DNA from: Candidatus Microgenomatus sp.
GTDB taxonomy: Bacteria; Patescibacteriota; Microgenomatia; UBA8517
Length of the DNA: 64,000 nucleotides
Assembly (NCBI GenBank): GCA_020724555.1
Contig: DYGT01000002.1
Location: forward strand, 40,271-104,270
Direction of reading: 5' to 3'
The stretch's first letter is position 1. Each line of letters opens with the position of its first letter. A program made the position numbers and the translations under genes. Positions 18,228 through 29,028 of the stretch are shown piece after piece. Under the pieces are notes generated by a model. It searched no databases and was not told the DNA's origin. It worked only from the letters and a program-made list of their open reading frames with translations.

Positions 18228-19280
18228 ATGAATTTTCCAAATATCCTTCCGCTTGCTCTGGGCCTCATATTATTTTCATTTTTTATGAGCAGTATTTTTA
18301 CGGTTCCCTTTATTAATTTTTTATATAAGATAAAGATGACACGAAGAGCGGAAGGCGGTAAAAAAAAGCTTCTTTTTGACAAACTTCACGATAAAAAAGT
18401 CGGTACTCCCATAGGAGGTGGAATATTGATGATCGCCTCTATCACTTTATTGTTCGGTTTTGTATTTCCGCTTATTGATTATATGGGTGTATTTGTTGAA
18501 AGCTCATACAATCTTCGGTATGAATTGATTGTAATATTTTTTACCTTTATCTCTTTTGGACTTTTGGGTCTGTTGGATGATTATATAAAAATATTCGGGC
18601 GTCCGGCCAAAAAAACTATTTTTGGCGTTGTAACGGGGCTTTCTAAAATGCAAAAATTTGCTCTCCAGTTTGTTTTGGCTTTTATTTCAGCCAGCATGCT
18701 TTATTTCTTATTGGGAATACACATTTTATATATCCCCGTTTTAAATGTGGTCCTGGATTTGGGTATATTTTACATTCCCTTTTCCGCTTCGGTAATTATT
18801 TTTTTTACGAATGCTTTTAATTTTACCGATGGGCTAGACGGTCTTGCCTCCGGACTACTATTAATTTATTTAATGGCTTATGTCTTTATAGCCGTAAATG
18901 CACTGGACACGCCTTTGTTTATTTTTATTGGTATCTGGCTGGGAAGCCTTTTGGCGTTTTTGTATTTTAACGTTTGGCCTGCCCGGATTTGGTTGGGGGA
19001 CGCAGGGGCTTTAAGTTTTGGCGCTATGATCGCCATAATTGGGCTTTTACTTGGGAATGTAGCTGCCCTTTTTGTAATCGGTGCCCCTTTTGTAATTGAA
19101 GCGGTTTCGTCTTTAATTCAAATTTTGGGCTGGAAGTACCTAAAGCGGCCGATATTCCCCTTAGCACCAATTCACCACGCTTTCTTGGCTATCGGTTGGG
19201 AAGAGCCAAAAATAGTTATGCGGGCATGGCTTATGGGGATAGTGTTTGCCGTCTTTGGTTTATGGCTCGCCACCATCTAA
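18228..19280 (+). CDS. mraY: Phospho-MurNAc-pentapeptide transferase
   Basis: GTPIGGG, LDDYIK, NFTDGLDGLA, LGDAG and APIHH motifs. Confidence 0.96.
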   Translation: MNFPNILPLALGLILFSFFMSSIFTVPFINFLYKIKMTRRAEGGKKKLLFDKLHDKKVGTPIGGGILMIASITLLFGFVFPLIDYMGVFVESSYNLRYELIVIFFTFISFGLLGLLDDYIKIFGRPAKKTIFGVVTGLSKMQKFALQFVLAFISASMLYFLLGIHILYIPVLNVVLDLGIFYIPFSASVIIFFTNAFNFTDGLDGLASGLLLIYLMAYVFIAVNALDTPLFIFIGIWLGSLLAFLYFNVWPARIWLGDAGALSFGAMIAIIGLLLGNVAALFVIGAPFVIEAVSSLIQILGWKYLKRPIFPLAPIHHAFLAIGWEEPKIVMRAWLMGIVFAVFGLWLATI

Positions 19281-19281
19281 T

Positions 19282-20424
19282 GTGCAAAAAAGAAATAAAA
19301 AGACAAAAAGGATACAAAGTAATTTAGCTTCAGGATCAATAGATCGTGGTTTATTTATTTTGACTTTAATTCTAACGATATTGGGAATCGTGGCTGTTGC
19401 CGATTCTTCTTCTCCTCAAGCGCTTAGGGTATATTCTGATGCTTTTTACTTTGCCAAACAACAATTAACCTGGGCCGGAATCGGTTTATTTTTACTCATT
19501 GTATTTGCAAGTATCCCATATAGGTTTTGGTACAAATATGGTGGTCTTATATATTTTGCTGTTTTGGTTTTATTGGTTATGGTGCTACTTCCAGGTTTTG
19601 GCTCACAAGTTTTAGGCGCCAGACGGTGGATACGTTTTGGACCCATTGGCTTTCAGCCATCAGAGCTATTAAAAATCGCGATCGCCATGGTTATTGCTCG
19701 CTGGTCTGAACGAAGCTCAAATTTGTGGCAGCCTTTACTATATTTAGGACTTGGAATTTTTTTGGTTATGCTTCAGCCTGACTTTGGGACTTCACTTGTA
19801 ATTGTGGCGATAGCCATCTCCCAATTATTCGTGGCCGGCATGCCATGGTTATATTTTATTGGTATCGGAGTAATTGGAGGTCTTATGGCTTTTTTAACTG
19901 TAATTTTTTCAGATTATCGGCGTGGACGCCTGATGTCTTTTTTGCAAGTTTCAGCAGACCCTTTGGGTAGCTCCTATCACATTAGGCAAATCTTAATCGC
20001 ACTTGGTTCTGGCGGACTTTTCGGCATAGGCTTGGGCAATTCGCGACAAAAGCATTTATTTATTCCGGAAACGGCAACCGATTCGGTTTTTGCGGTCATA
20101 GGGGAAGAGGTGGGATTTATAGGTTCTTTGACAATTATTATTCTTCTTGTCATGTTTTTAATGCGGATTTTTAAAATAGCCAAAAATGCTCCCGATGATT
20201 TTTCTTTTATATTTGCTGCCGGCATCGGAGTATGGGTAGGTGTACAAATGTTTTTAAATCTTGCCTCAATGGTAGCCTTAACACCGATAACAGGTATTCC
20301 CTTACCGTTTTTTAGCTATGGAGGCAGCAGCCTGACGACGACACTGGCCGCTGTTGGTATACTATTAAATATCTCTAGGCATGAAAAAGTTCAAAAAAAA
20401 ACAAATATCCGAAAAAGAAGCTAG
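19282..20424 (+). CDS. ftsW: SEDS peptidoglycan polymerase FtsW
   Basis: GARRWI, QPSE, QPDFG, TDSVFAVIGEE and PFFSYGGSS motifs; between mraY and murG; GTG start chosen. Confidence 0.93.
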   Translation: MQKRNKKTKRIQSNLASGSIDRGLFILTLILTILGIVAVADSSSPQALRVYSDAFYFAKQQLTWAGIGLFLLIVFASIPYRFWYKYGGLIYFAVLVLLVMVLLPGFGSQVLGARRWIRFGPIGFQPSELLKIAIAMVIARWSERSSNLWQPLLYLGLGIFLVMLQPDFGTSLVIVAIAISQLFVAGMPWLYFIGIGVIGGLMAFLTVIFSDYRRGRLMSFLQVSADPLGSSYHIRQILIALGSGGLFGIGLGNSRQKHLFIPETATDSVFAVIGEEVGFIGSLTIIILLVMFLMRIFKIAKNAPDDFSFIFAAGIGVWVGVQMFLNLASMVALTPITGIPLPFFSYGGSSLTTTLAAVGILLNISRHEKVQKKTNIRKRS

Positions 20425-21511
20425 ACCTATACTTTTGACCGGAGGCCATGCAGGAAGCACTGCTTTAGCTACTATCGAAGAGTTAACAGTAGAAGGATAT
20501 AAAAATATACACTGGGCCGGACCAAAGTATTCAAAAGAAGGCTCAAAGGCAAAAACTTTTGAATTTATTGTTTTTCCCCAAAAAGGTGTTATCTGCCACC
20601 CCATCCGAGCGGGAAGATTTCAACGCAAACTTACACGCTATAGTTTAGTGGCATTATTAAAAATTCCGCTTGGTTTTTGGGATGCTATTAAAATAATTCA
20701 TAAATATAAACCGCGTCTTGTGGTGTCGTTCGGAGGGTTTGCGGCTTTTCCATTGGTTTTTGTTTCATGGCTCTATAAGATACCGGTTATAGTGCACGAA
20801 CAAACAATTGCTGCCGGACTTGCCAATCGTCTAAGCATACCGTTTGCAAAAAAAATTGCCATAGCAAGAAGAGAAAGCAAGGCTTTTTTCCCCGATAAAA
20901 AAACCGTTTTGACCGGAAACCCCCTCAGGAGAAATATCCGCGATATTCCTCAAAAAACTAAATTGTCCGTCAGGCCTTGTATTTTTGTAACAGGCGGATC
21001 GCGGGGATCTACCTGGATAAACAACGCGGTTGAGCCGTTGATCCCCGAACTTGTTAAAAAAATGAAAATAATCCATCAGTGCTCTGATGTGGATTTGGAT
21101 AAATTCGAAAAAATAAAAAACTCTTTGGGGGTCTATAAAAAATATTATCAGGTAAAAACTTTTTACTCCGAAGATGAAATAAAAAAAGTGTATAGCTGTG
21201 CCGACATCCTGGTCGGCAGGGCGGGAGCTAATACTGTTTCAGAAATTATTTATTTGTGCCTTCCCAGTATTTTGATTCCTATCCCATGGGCCCAACAAAA
21301 CGAACAGGAAAAAAATGCAAAAATGGCAAAATCTTTAGGGATTGCCAAGATAATCAACCAAAACGAGCTGGGACCGGAAAGTCTAAAAAATACCATAAAC
21401 AAGGTTTTGGGCGATTGGAAAAAAATGGTGGAAGTATCCAAAAAATTTAAAAATACCGATAGTATGGCGCACAAAAATTTAGTTAATCTTATAAATGATG
21501 CTTTACGATGA
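20381..21511 (+). CDS. murG: Lipid II GlcNAc transferase MurG
   Basis: TGGH, SFGGF, HEQT, TGNPLR, GGSRG, RAGANTVSE and EQEKNA motifs. Confidence 0.93.
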   Translation: MKKFKKKQISEKEARPILLTGGHAGSTALATIEELTVEGYKNIHWAGPKYSKEGSKAKTFEFIVFPQKGVICHPIRAGRFQRKLTRYSLVALLKIPLGFWDAIKIIHKYKPRLVVSFGGFAAFPLVFVSWLYKIPVIVHEQTIAAGLANRLSIPFAKKIAIARRESKAFFPDKKTVLTGNPLRRNIRDIPQKTKLSVRPCIFVTGGSRGSTWINNAVEPLIPELVKKMKIIHQCSDVDLDKFEKIKNSLGVYKKYYQVKTFYSEDEIKKVYSCADILVGRAGANTVSEIIYLCLPSILIPIPWAQQNEQEKNAKMAKSLGIAKIINQNELGPESLKNTINKVLGDWKKMVEVSKKFKNTDSMAHKNLVNLINDALR

Positions 21512-22182
21512 AAAAAATATTACTACTTTTAATAATTTTGCTGGTATTAGTAGGCATACTTGCGAGCCCCTTTTTTATTAAAATAAATAATCTTAATTGC
21601 ACAAGCCAGTTTGGAGCCTGTAGTAGTGATATTAAAAATGATCTGGATGGCATCGAGCCGGGAAGCCTTAGGGATAGCAAAAAGAAAGTACAAAGCACTC
21701 TTTTAAAACATAAAAAGGTTAAGGAATTTGCAATTAACTACACTTTCCCTAAAACCTTGAACGTGGTAATTGTTGAAAGAAAACCCCAGGTGGCAATCCT
21801 TCGTAAAAACGCGACAAATTATATTCTTATTGATAAAGACGGAACAATTTTAGAAGAAAGCGACTCAACTACTTTCCCGATAATTGCCATCCAGGAGGTG
21901 GGGCATACAAATAGTGAGCTTTCTTTTGCTGCGAACCTGCAATATGAATTATTCATCAATTTTAATGTAAATTCTTCTATAATGAAAAAAGATCACTTAT
22001 TAATTACAAAAGACGGGGTTAATTTTCTTTTGCCCCTAAAAGGTGATTTAGATGTAGTCTTAGGTTCTTATAATTTAATTCTTTCCTGGTTGAAGAGTGA
22101 AAAAGAAAAATCTAGAATAGATAAAGTAAATGCCGTATACGAGGTAGATTTAAGATACAAAAACCCTGTGATGCGAATATAA
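21508..22182 (+). CDS. ftsQ: FtsQ/DivIB-like protein
   Basis: TM helix, FPKTLNVVIVERKP POTRA-end motif, C-terminal VDLRYKNPV; lies before ftsA. Confidence 0.75.
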   Translation: MKKILLLLIILLVLVGILASPFFIKINNLNCTSQFGACSSDIKNDLDGIEPGSLRDSKKKVQSTLLKHKKVKEFAINYTFPKTLNVVIVERKPQVAILRKNATNYILIDKDGTILEESDSTTFPIIAIQEVGHTNSELSFAANLQYELFINFNVNSSIMKKDHLLITKDGVNFLLPLKGDLDVVLGSYNLILSWLKSEKEKSRIDKVNAVYEVDLRYKNPVMRI

Positions 22183-22185
22183 CAA

Positions 22186-23463
22186 ATGGCAAAAAGCAAT
22201 ATAATTTCAGCTATAGATATCGGATCATCCAAAATTGTCACCCTCGTGGCTCAGGTAAATTATGACCAGATAACCGGAGACCCGAGCGTAAACATCATCG
22301 GTGTCGCCAGTACTCCCTCAAGAGGTATCAAAAAAGGTCAAATTGTCGATATCGAGGAAGCAGTAGAAGCTACAATTGAATCGGTTGAGGCGACAGAGCG
22401 CATGGCCGGTTTTAATCTGGACCGGGCGTTTATTTCTGTAGGGGGCGGCCACATTGCTTCGCAAAATTCAAGCGGAGTTGTCGCGATTTCAAACCCCGAA
22501 AACGAAATAAATGAAGAGGATGTAGATCGTGTTATTGAGGCTGCAAGAGCCGTGTCGCTTCCTTCTTCCCGGGAAATAATCCACGTCATTCCCCGCGAGT
22601 ATATTGTTGATGGTGAGCCCGGAGTGCGTGATCCTGTGGGCATGACCGGAGTCCGGCTTGAGGTAGATACGCATTTGGTTACGGCCAGTTCCCCTGCGTT
22701 AAAAAATCTCACGAAAACTGTCAATGAAGTAGGTGTTGAAATTGAGGAGGCGGTTTTTTCCGGACTAGCTTCAAGTTATGCCACTGTAACGGACACCGAA
22801 AAAGAACTTGGATGTGTGCTTTTGGATATCGGTTCTGGTACAACCACGATCGCTGCATTTGTAGAAGGGGCGCTCGCTTATTCATCCGCGATCCCAATCG
22901 GAGCCAGAAATGTGACTAATGATCTGGCCATAGGACTAAGAGTATCTTTGGATACAGCCGAAAAAATAAAACTTAGCCTTATTGAGGAAAAACCATTTAA
23001 AGAGCAAAGCAAAAAAGACAAACAAATAGAAATACCGGATGAAAATGGGAGTGAAATAAAAACAGTACAAAAACGGACACTTATCGAGGGTATTATCAGA
23101 CCCCGGTTAAATGAAATATTTTCGATGGTAAAAATGGATTTGGATCATTCTAATATCACTAACCGCATACCATCCGGTGCCATTATTACGGGTGGCGGCG
23201 CCTTAACCGTGGGAGTTGCCGATGCAGCAAAGAAAGTCTTGGGGCTGCCGGTTCGTCTTGCTTCGCCCGAAGGCGTGGGGGGTTTAACAGATGATATTAT
23301 GAAGCCTCAGTTTTCAACGGCTATCGGGCTTATTTTGTATGGGGTAAAGAATGCACATTTGTATGCAGGCAAGCCTTCGAGCAGCCTGAGTAAAAACATC
23401 CAATTGCCAAATACGGCAATATTTTCTAAACTAATAAACACTATCAAAGATCTTCTGCCCTAA
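22186..23463 (+). CDS. ftsA: Cell division protein FtsA
   Basis: IDIGSSKI, DIGSGTT and TGGGA motifs; amphipathic C-terminus. Confidence 0.96.
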   Translation: MAKSNIISAIDIGSSKIVTLVAQVNYDQITGDPSVNIIGVASTPSRGIKKGQIVDIEEAVEATIESVEATERMAGFNLDRAFISVGGGHIASQNSSGVVAISNPENEINEEDVDRVIEAARAVSLPSSREIIHVIPREYIVDGEPGVRDPVGMTGVRLEVDTHLVTASSPALKNLTKTVNEVGVEIEEAVFSGLASSYATVTDTEKELGCVLLDIGSGTTTIAAFVEGALAYSSAIPIGARNVTNDLAIGLRVSLDTAEKIKLSLIEEKPFKEQSKKDKQIEIPDENGSEIKTVQKRTLIEGIIRPRLNEIFSMVKMDLDHSNITNRIPSGAIITGGGALTVGVADAAKKVLGLPVRLASPEGVGGLTDDIMKPQFSTAIGLILYGVKNAHLYAGKPSSSLSKNIQLPNTAIFSKLINTIKDLLP

Positions 23464-23468
23464 ACGCT

Positions 23469-23496
23469 TTGACAAAAGCTATAAGTCTGGTAAACT
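23469..23496 (+). promoter_or_regulatory. Sigma70-type promoter upstream of ftsZ
   Basis: TTGACA-16 nt-TAAACT with an extended TG. Confidence 0.6.
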
Positions 23497-23515
23497 GCCC
23501 GTAGAAAAGTTATAT

Positions 23516-24694
23516 ATGGCCTTAGTAAAACCCGATTCTTCAAGGATAGCCAAAATTAAAGTTATTGGAGTTGGCGGCGGTGGTGGAAATGCGGTGGCTT
23601 CTATGGTCGAAGGCCAGGATATAAATGGGGTTGAATTTATAACGATAAATACAGATGCACAAGTGCTTTTGGATAATCCTGTATCCACAAAGCTTCAGAT
23701 CGGAGAAAAACTGACGCGCGGTCTTGGCGTGGGAGGTGACCCGGAAATCGGCGCACAGGCGGCGGAGGAATCTGTAGATAAAATAAAGGAGCTCTTGGTG
23801 GATTCGGATATGGTTTTTATAACAGCCGGCATGGGCGGTGGCACTGGTACGGGAGCAAGCCCGGTGATTGCCAGGATGGCTCGTGAAACCGGGGCTTTAA
23901 CCGTAGGAATTGTCACAAAACCATTTGCATTTGAGGGTAACCGCCGTAACATGATCGCAGAAGACGGAGTGGAGCGACTGCGCGAGGAAGTAGATACGCT
24001 GATTGTAATTCCTAACCAACGGCTCATGGATGTAATAGACCGTAAAATGACGCTCGTGGAAGCGTTTAAAGTAGCGGATAGCGTTTTAAGCCAAGCAGTT
24101 GGAGGAATTGCTGAAATAATTACAACCCCGGGTCTTGTCAATGTAGATTTTGCTGATGTTAAAGCAATTATGAAAGACGCAGGCTCGGCTCTACTGGGAA
24201 TAGGCACTGGAGTGGGGGACAACAGAGCAGCCATGGCCGCACGCGCTGCCATAAGTTCACCACTTTTGGACCTGTCAATTGACGGTGCTCGGGGAGTCTT
24301 AATTAATATTACCGGCGGACCGGATTTGACCATGTTTGAGGTAGACGAAGCGGCACGTACCATTTCAAGCGCTGCGGACGCGGACGCAAATATTATTTTC
24401 GGCTCAGTGATACGCCCGGATATGTCCGATCAGGTACGCATCACGGTGATTGCCACCGGTTTTGACGAAACCCAGGCAAGAATTGCAAAAATGACGAGAC
24501 CCACGATCGCCCCAAAATTTGAAGGCATAATTACTGATAAAGCAAAAGGTGAAACCGAAACAGACCAAGACGGTAACGAAGAGTCTGAGCGTGAGAAAAA
24601 AGATGAAGACGAAGATGATTCAACAGATATTAAAACCAGAGACGAATTTGGTAAAGAATTTGAAATCCCCGCTTTTTTAAGAAAAATCCACTAA
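23516..24694 (+). CDS. ftsZ: Cell division protein FtsZ
   Basis: GGGGGNAV, GMGGGTGTG, NVDFAD motifs and the EIPAFLRK tail. Confidence 0.98.
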   Translation: MALVKPDSSRIAKIKVIGVGGGGGNAVASMVEGQDINGVEFITINTDAQVLLDNPVSTKLQIGEKLTRGLGVGGDPEIGAQAAEESVDKIKELLVDSDMVFITAGMGGGTGTGASPVIARMARETGALTVGIVTKPFAFEGNRRNMIAEDGVERLREEVDTLIVIPNQRLMDVIDRKMTLVEAFKVADSVLSQAVGGIAEIITTPGLVNVDFADVKAIMKDAGSALLGIGTGVGDNRAAMAARAAISSPLLDLSIDGARGVLINITGGPDLTMFEVDEAARTISSAADADANIIFGSVIRPDMSDQVRITVIATGFDETQARIAKMTRPTIAPKFEGIITDKAKGETETDQDGNEESEREKKDEDEDDSTDIKTRDEFGKEFEIPAFLRKIH

Positions 24695-24745
24695 TTTTCA
24701 CTCCCTTTAAAACAACTTCATTTTCTAGTACAATTAACCCCATAA

Positions 24746-27562
24746 ATGGCATATTTTAATAAAGTAAATACCAAACAAAATTTTCCCCAGCTTGAAAGCA
24801 AAATCATTGATTTTTGGGAAAAAGAAAAAATATTTGAAAAAAGCATAACCAGCCGCTCAGAAAGCAAACGCTGGACTTTTTTGGATGGCCCTCCGTTTAT
24901 AACCGGCTCCCCCCATTATGGCAGCCTTTTGTCCAGTATTCCCAAAGACGTCTTTCCTCGTTTTTGGACAATGAAGGGGTACCGTGTACGCCGCGTCTGG
25001 GGGTGGGATTGCCACGGTCTACCGGCCGAAAACAAAGTGGAAAATAAGCTTGGTATTAAGCGAAAAAAAGATATTGAGGAAAAAATAGGTGTCAAAAGAT
25101 TTATTGAGGAATGTAAAAACTACGTATCCGAGGTATCAGGGGAGTGGAAATGGTATATTGACCACATCGCCCGCTGGGTAGATTTTGAAAATGCCTACAG
25201 GACAATGGACCGGGATTACATGGAAACCGTGATGTGGGTTTTTAAATCTATGTATGAAAAAAATTTAATATATAAAGGCTTGCGAGTTTCTTTGTATTGT
25301 CCGCATTGCTCAACTCCAATATCTAATTTCGAAGTAGCGATGGATCCTGACAATTACAAAGCAATTACCGAACCTGCAAATACCTATAAATATAAAGTAC
25401 AAGGCGAGGAAAATACCTATTTTTTGGCATGGTCGACCACCCCTTGGAATAAAATCGCCACACCCGCCCTTGCAGTCAATCCAAAACTGGCTTACGTAAA
25501 GGTAGAGCAGGGTAGGGAATATTATATCTTGGCCAAAAAACGCCTTGAGCATCTAAATGCAGAGCCTGAATATAAAATTGTCGAAGAAATGAAAGGGGCA
25601 GATCTTGTCGGTAAAAAATTTGAGCCGCACTGGGATTATTATAAAATTGAGCCCGGAAAACAGGCATTTGTTATTATACCCGGCGATTTTGTAACTGCCG
25701 AAGAAGGAACCGGTATAGTTACCATAGCAGCCTATGGTGAAGACGATTTGGCTGCGATAGAAAAAAATAATATCCAAATAGTTATGCACATTGACGAGGA
25801 AGGTCACCTAAAACCGGACGTTCCCAAGTGGGGCGGCCTGTATTACCTAAAAGTTAATAAGCTGGTAAACGAAGATCTTGAGAAACGCGGTCTTATCTAC
25901 AAAGAAGAGCCATTAACCCACACTGTGCCTACTTGTTGGCGCTGCGGCACCCGCCTTATATACGCCCCCCAAGATGCTTGGTTTGTGGACATCCAGTCTT
26001 TAAAACCCAAACTTTTTGACAATAATGAAAAGGTCAATTGGGTTCCGAAACATTTTAAGCACGGCCGTTTTACCAAAAGCATGGAGTCCGCTCCTGATTG
26101 GTGCATTTCAAGAAGCCGCTATTGGGGTTCACCCGTGCCAGTATGGGAATGTGAATGTGGCGAGCGTTTTGTGCCTGGTTCAATCGCTGAGCTGGAAAAA
26201 TTAAGCGGACAAAAAATCACTGACCTTCATAAACCGGAAATTGACGACGTGACAATTAAATGCACCAAATGCGGTGGAGTTGCCAGGCGGGTCCCTGAAG
26301 TATTGGATAGCTGGATTGAGGCGGGTTCGGCAAGTTTCGCCGAACGACATTATCCTTTTAACCAAAACTTTAAGCTCGAAGATTTTTTCCCTCCCGATTT
26401 TATCGTTGAATATACGGGCCAGATACGCGCCTGGTTTTATGTACTGCACGTCATCGCAACTGCACTTTACGACTCCAATGCTTTTAAAAATGTGGTTGTA
26501 ACCGGGGTGATTTTGGGAACAGATGGACGAAAAATGAGCAAAAACTGGAAAAATTATCCGGACCCAAAAAACATGCTGGAAACATATGGTGGGGACGCAC
26601 TTCGGCTATATTTGCTGGGTTCGCCGGTCATGAAAGGCGAGGATATACTAATCTCCGAAGACGAATACCGCGACCAAATAAAAAATTTTAGTTTACCGCT
26701 TTGGAATGTCTATAACTTTTTTGTGACTTATGCCAATCTTGATAACTGGAAACCGGGTGAAAATAAGGCTGTAAAAAAATCCAAGCTCGATCTTTGGGCA
26801 ATAAATGCCTTTCATAAAATGCTTGGCGACTTGACTCATTCATTGGAGAGCTACGATACTCCCACTGCCGTAAATATTATACAGACTTTTTTAAATAACA
26901 ATTTATCGGGCTGGTTTATAAGAAGAAGCCGTGAAAGGCTAGGGATATGGGTTAACAATGAGGATGATAAATTAAGTTTTTACGAAACGGCTTATTTTAT
27001 CTTAACAAATTTTTGCAAAGCCATAGCCCCTATCGTTCCTCTGATCAGTGAAGAAATCTACCGCAATTTAACAAAAGAACAGTCCGTTCACCTAACCGAT
27101 TGGCCAAAAGCGGGTGAGATTGATACAAAACTTTTGAGGGATATGGAATATGCCCGTATCATCACAGAAAAAGCCCATGCCATAAGAAAAGAGAAAGGTA
27201 TCGCGGTTCGCCAGCCGCTGCCCAGCCTAAAAATTATATCAGATCAAGATGCCCTAGATAACGAAATTTTAGAAATTGTAAAGGCGGAGCTAAATGTTAA
27301 AAAAATTATCTGGGAAAAAGGTAAAATTTTAGAACTTAAGCTTGATACAAAGATTACACCGACCCTGAAAGAAGAAGCTAAAACGCGCGAACTGGTGCGA
27401 GCTATACAAGTGGAAAGAAAAAATTTGGGTATAGGTTTAACAACAAAAGTAAAAGTTATAAACCCATGGTTTCCCAAAAATGAAAATTTACTTCAATGGC
27501 TAATGCAAAAAACCGGCACAACCAGCCTGGAAAAAGGTGACTTTGCAGTGAAAAAAGCATGA
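24746..27562 (+). CDS. ileS: Isoleucine--tRNA ligase, type 2
   Basis: DGPPF, GWDCHGLP, WSTTPW, DWCISRSRYWG motifs; HIGH motif is HYGS and KMSKS is KMSKN. Confidence 0.95.
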   Translation: MAYFNKVNTKQNFPQLESKIIDFWEKEKIFEKSITSRSESKRWTFLDGPPFITGSPHYGSLLSSIPKDVFPRFWTMKGYRVRRVWGWDCHGLPAENKVENKLGIKRKKDIEEKIGVKRFIEECKNYVSEVSGEWKWYIDHIARWVDFENAYRTMDRDYMETVMWVFKSMYEKNLIYKGLRVSLYCPHCSTPISNFEVAMDPDNYKAITEPANTYKYKVQGEENTYFLAWSTTPWNKIATPALAVNPKLAYVKVEQGREYYILAKKRLEHLNAEPEYKIVEEMKGADLVGKKFEPHWDYYKIEPGKQAFVIIPGDFVTAEEGTGIVTIAAYGEDDLAAIEKNNIQIVMHIDEEGHLKPDVPKWGGLYYLKVNKLVNEDLEKRGLIYKEEPLTHTVPTCWRCGTRLIYAPQDAWFVDIQSLKPKLFDNNEKVNWVPKHFKHGRFTKSMESAPDWCISRSRYWGSPVPVWECECGERFVPGSIAELEKLSGQKITDLHKPEIDDVTIKCTKCGGVARRVPEVLDSWIEAGSASFAERHYPFNQNFKLEDFFPPDFIVEYTGQIRAWFYVLHVIATALYDSNAFKNVVVTGVILGTDGRKMSKNWKNYPDPKNMLETYGGDALRLYLLGSPVMKGEDILISEDEYRDQIKNFSLPLWNVYNFFVTYANLDNWKPGENKAVKKSKLDLWAINAFHKMLGDLTHSLESYDTPTAVNIIQTFLNNNLSGWFIRRSRERLGIWVNNEDDKLSFYETAYFILTNFCKAIAPIVPLISEEIYRNLTKEQSVHLTDWPKAGEIDTKLLRDMEYARIITEKAHAIRKEKGIAVRQPLPSLKIISDQDALDNEILEIVKAELNVKKIIWEKGKILELKLDTKITPTLKEEAKTRELVRAIQVERKNLGIGLTTKVKVINPWFPKNENLLQWLMQKTGTTSLEKGDFAVKKA

Positions 27563-28629
27563 AATTAAAGAAATTATTTACCGGTGATCCGTGGTTGGTA
27601 GGAACAATATTATTAACTCTTGGCTTGGGATCGACCATTTTGCGCTCGGTAGCTGGATATGCATTCCCCTCTTATTTTCTCTTTATTGCTTTGTCTCTCC
27701 TGGCTTTTATAGTATTTTCACAACTGAATTTTACGATATTACAATCGTTTTCAACAATTTTATATGTTGTAAGCGTATTTATACTAACCTTGCCACTTTT
27801 AATCGGAGAGGTAACCCGTGGTACAATCCGCTGGATTCAAATAGGCAGCTTCACCCTGCAACCGGCCGAAATCGTACGACCGTTTTTAATCTTATTTATA
27901 GCTCAATATTTAACCAGCGAAGAACTTACTGTTAAACGTTTTGCCACGGCCGTGGCTTTATTTATGGTGCCTACTTTTTTAATCCTTCTTGCTCCTTCTT
28001 TGGGAGTTTCGGTTCTTACCGTTGTTGGATTTATCGGGGTCGTTCTTTCTCTTGGTTTTAATAAAAAGCTTTTACTAACGGCTTCCGCCATAGGTTTAAT
28101 AATTTTGCCTTTTACCTGGTTTTTATTAGCCGATTATCAAAAAGAAAGGGTAGTTGCTTTATTTTCCCCCTCCCTGGACCCGCAAGGCATTGGCTACAAT
28201 AGTATCCAGGCTTTAATAAGCGTTGGTTCCGGAGGGTTATTTGGACGAGGCTTGGGTGAAGGAGTGCAGACACAGTTATCTTTTTTACCGGAACGGCATA
28301 CTGATTTTATTTTTGCGTCAATCGCTGAGGAAATGGGCTTTGTCGGTGCTTTCTTGGTGATCATCTTATTATTTTTTCTTTTATTAAGAACGCTATCTGT
28401 AGTCATAAATGCCACAAACTACACGGCCCGTGCTTATGCGTCCGGTGTATTTTTGACGTTATTTGCACAAATCATGGTCCATATTGGGATGAATATGGGT
28501 TTATTACCCATTACCGGCTTGCCATTGCCGCTAATATCTCTCGGAGGATCCTCACTGTTGGCAACAATGATTATGCTTGGTATGGTAGTAAGCGCAAAAT
28601 CCAAAAAGCATAGCTCTGGCGTTTTTTAA
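27559..28629 (+). CDS. rodA: SEDS family rod shape protein RodA
   Basis: RWI, QPAE, GYNSIQA, FLPERHTDFIFA and PITGLPLP motifs. Confidence 0.88.
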   Translation: MKLKKLFTGDPWLVGTILLTLGLGSTILRSVAGYAFPSYFLFIALSLLAFIVFSQLNFTILQSFSTILYVVSVFILTLPLLIGEVTRGTIRWIQIGSFTLQPAEIVRPFLILFIAQYLTSEELTVKRFATAVALFMVPTFLILLAPSLGVSVLTVVGFIGVVLSLGFNKKLLLTASAIGLIILPFTWFLLADYQKERVVALFSPSLDPQGIGYNSIQALISVGSGGLFGRGLGEGVQTQLSFLPERHTDFIFASIAEEMGFVGAFLVIILLFFLLLRTLSVVINATNYTARAYASGVFLTLFAQIMVHIGMNMGLLPITGLPLPLISLGGSSLLATMIMLGMVVSAKSKKHSSGVF

Positions 28630-28662
28630 CTAATTGCGCTACAATAGCCTTTGCTAATTACT

Positions 28663-28959
28663 ATGAAATACGCCATTATCCGCCTTGGCGGTAAACAATA
28701 TAAAATAGAAGAAGGCCGGGAAATAGTCCTTGATAAACAAAAGCAAGAATTAACTCCCGAGGTACTGCTTGTGGTTGATGAAGGTAAAGTAAAAATGGGT
28801 ACTCCTGTTTTGAAAAACGCAAAAATCAATTTTAAAAATTTGGGAGTAGAAAAAGGAGAAAAAATTTATGTTAAAAAGTATAAAGCAAAGTCCCGTTACC
28901 GCAAAAAGAAAGGCTTTCGCGCGCAGCACACAAGAATATTGGTGGAAAAAATTATATAA
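28663..28959 (+). CDS. rplU: 50S ribosomal protein bL21
   Basis: YAIIRLGGKQYKIEEG and YKAKSRYRKKKGFR motifs. Confidence 0.97.
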   Translation: MKYAIIRLGGKQYKIEEGREIVLDKQKQELTPEVLLVVDEGKVKMGTPVLKNAKINFKNLGVEKGEKIYVKKYKAKSRYRKKKGFRAQHTRILVEKII

Positions 28960-29028
28960 ACTATATCAATATATATCTTTGTGATTTATTGACAACTGTG
29001 AAAAGATAAACTATATTTAAATAATATT

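Noticed and set aside
23695-24363. 222-aa antisense ORF in ftsZ, and similar ones in clpB, dnaE, parB, murE and polX
   Set aside because: Shadow frames of conserved genes, with no motifs or initiation signals
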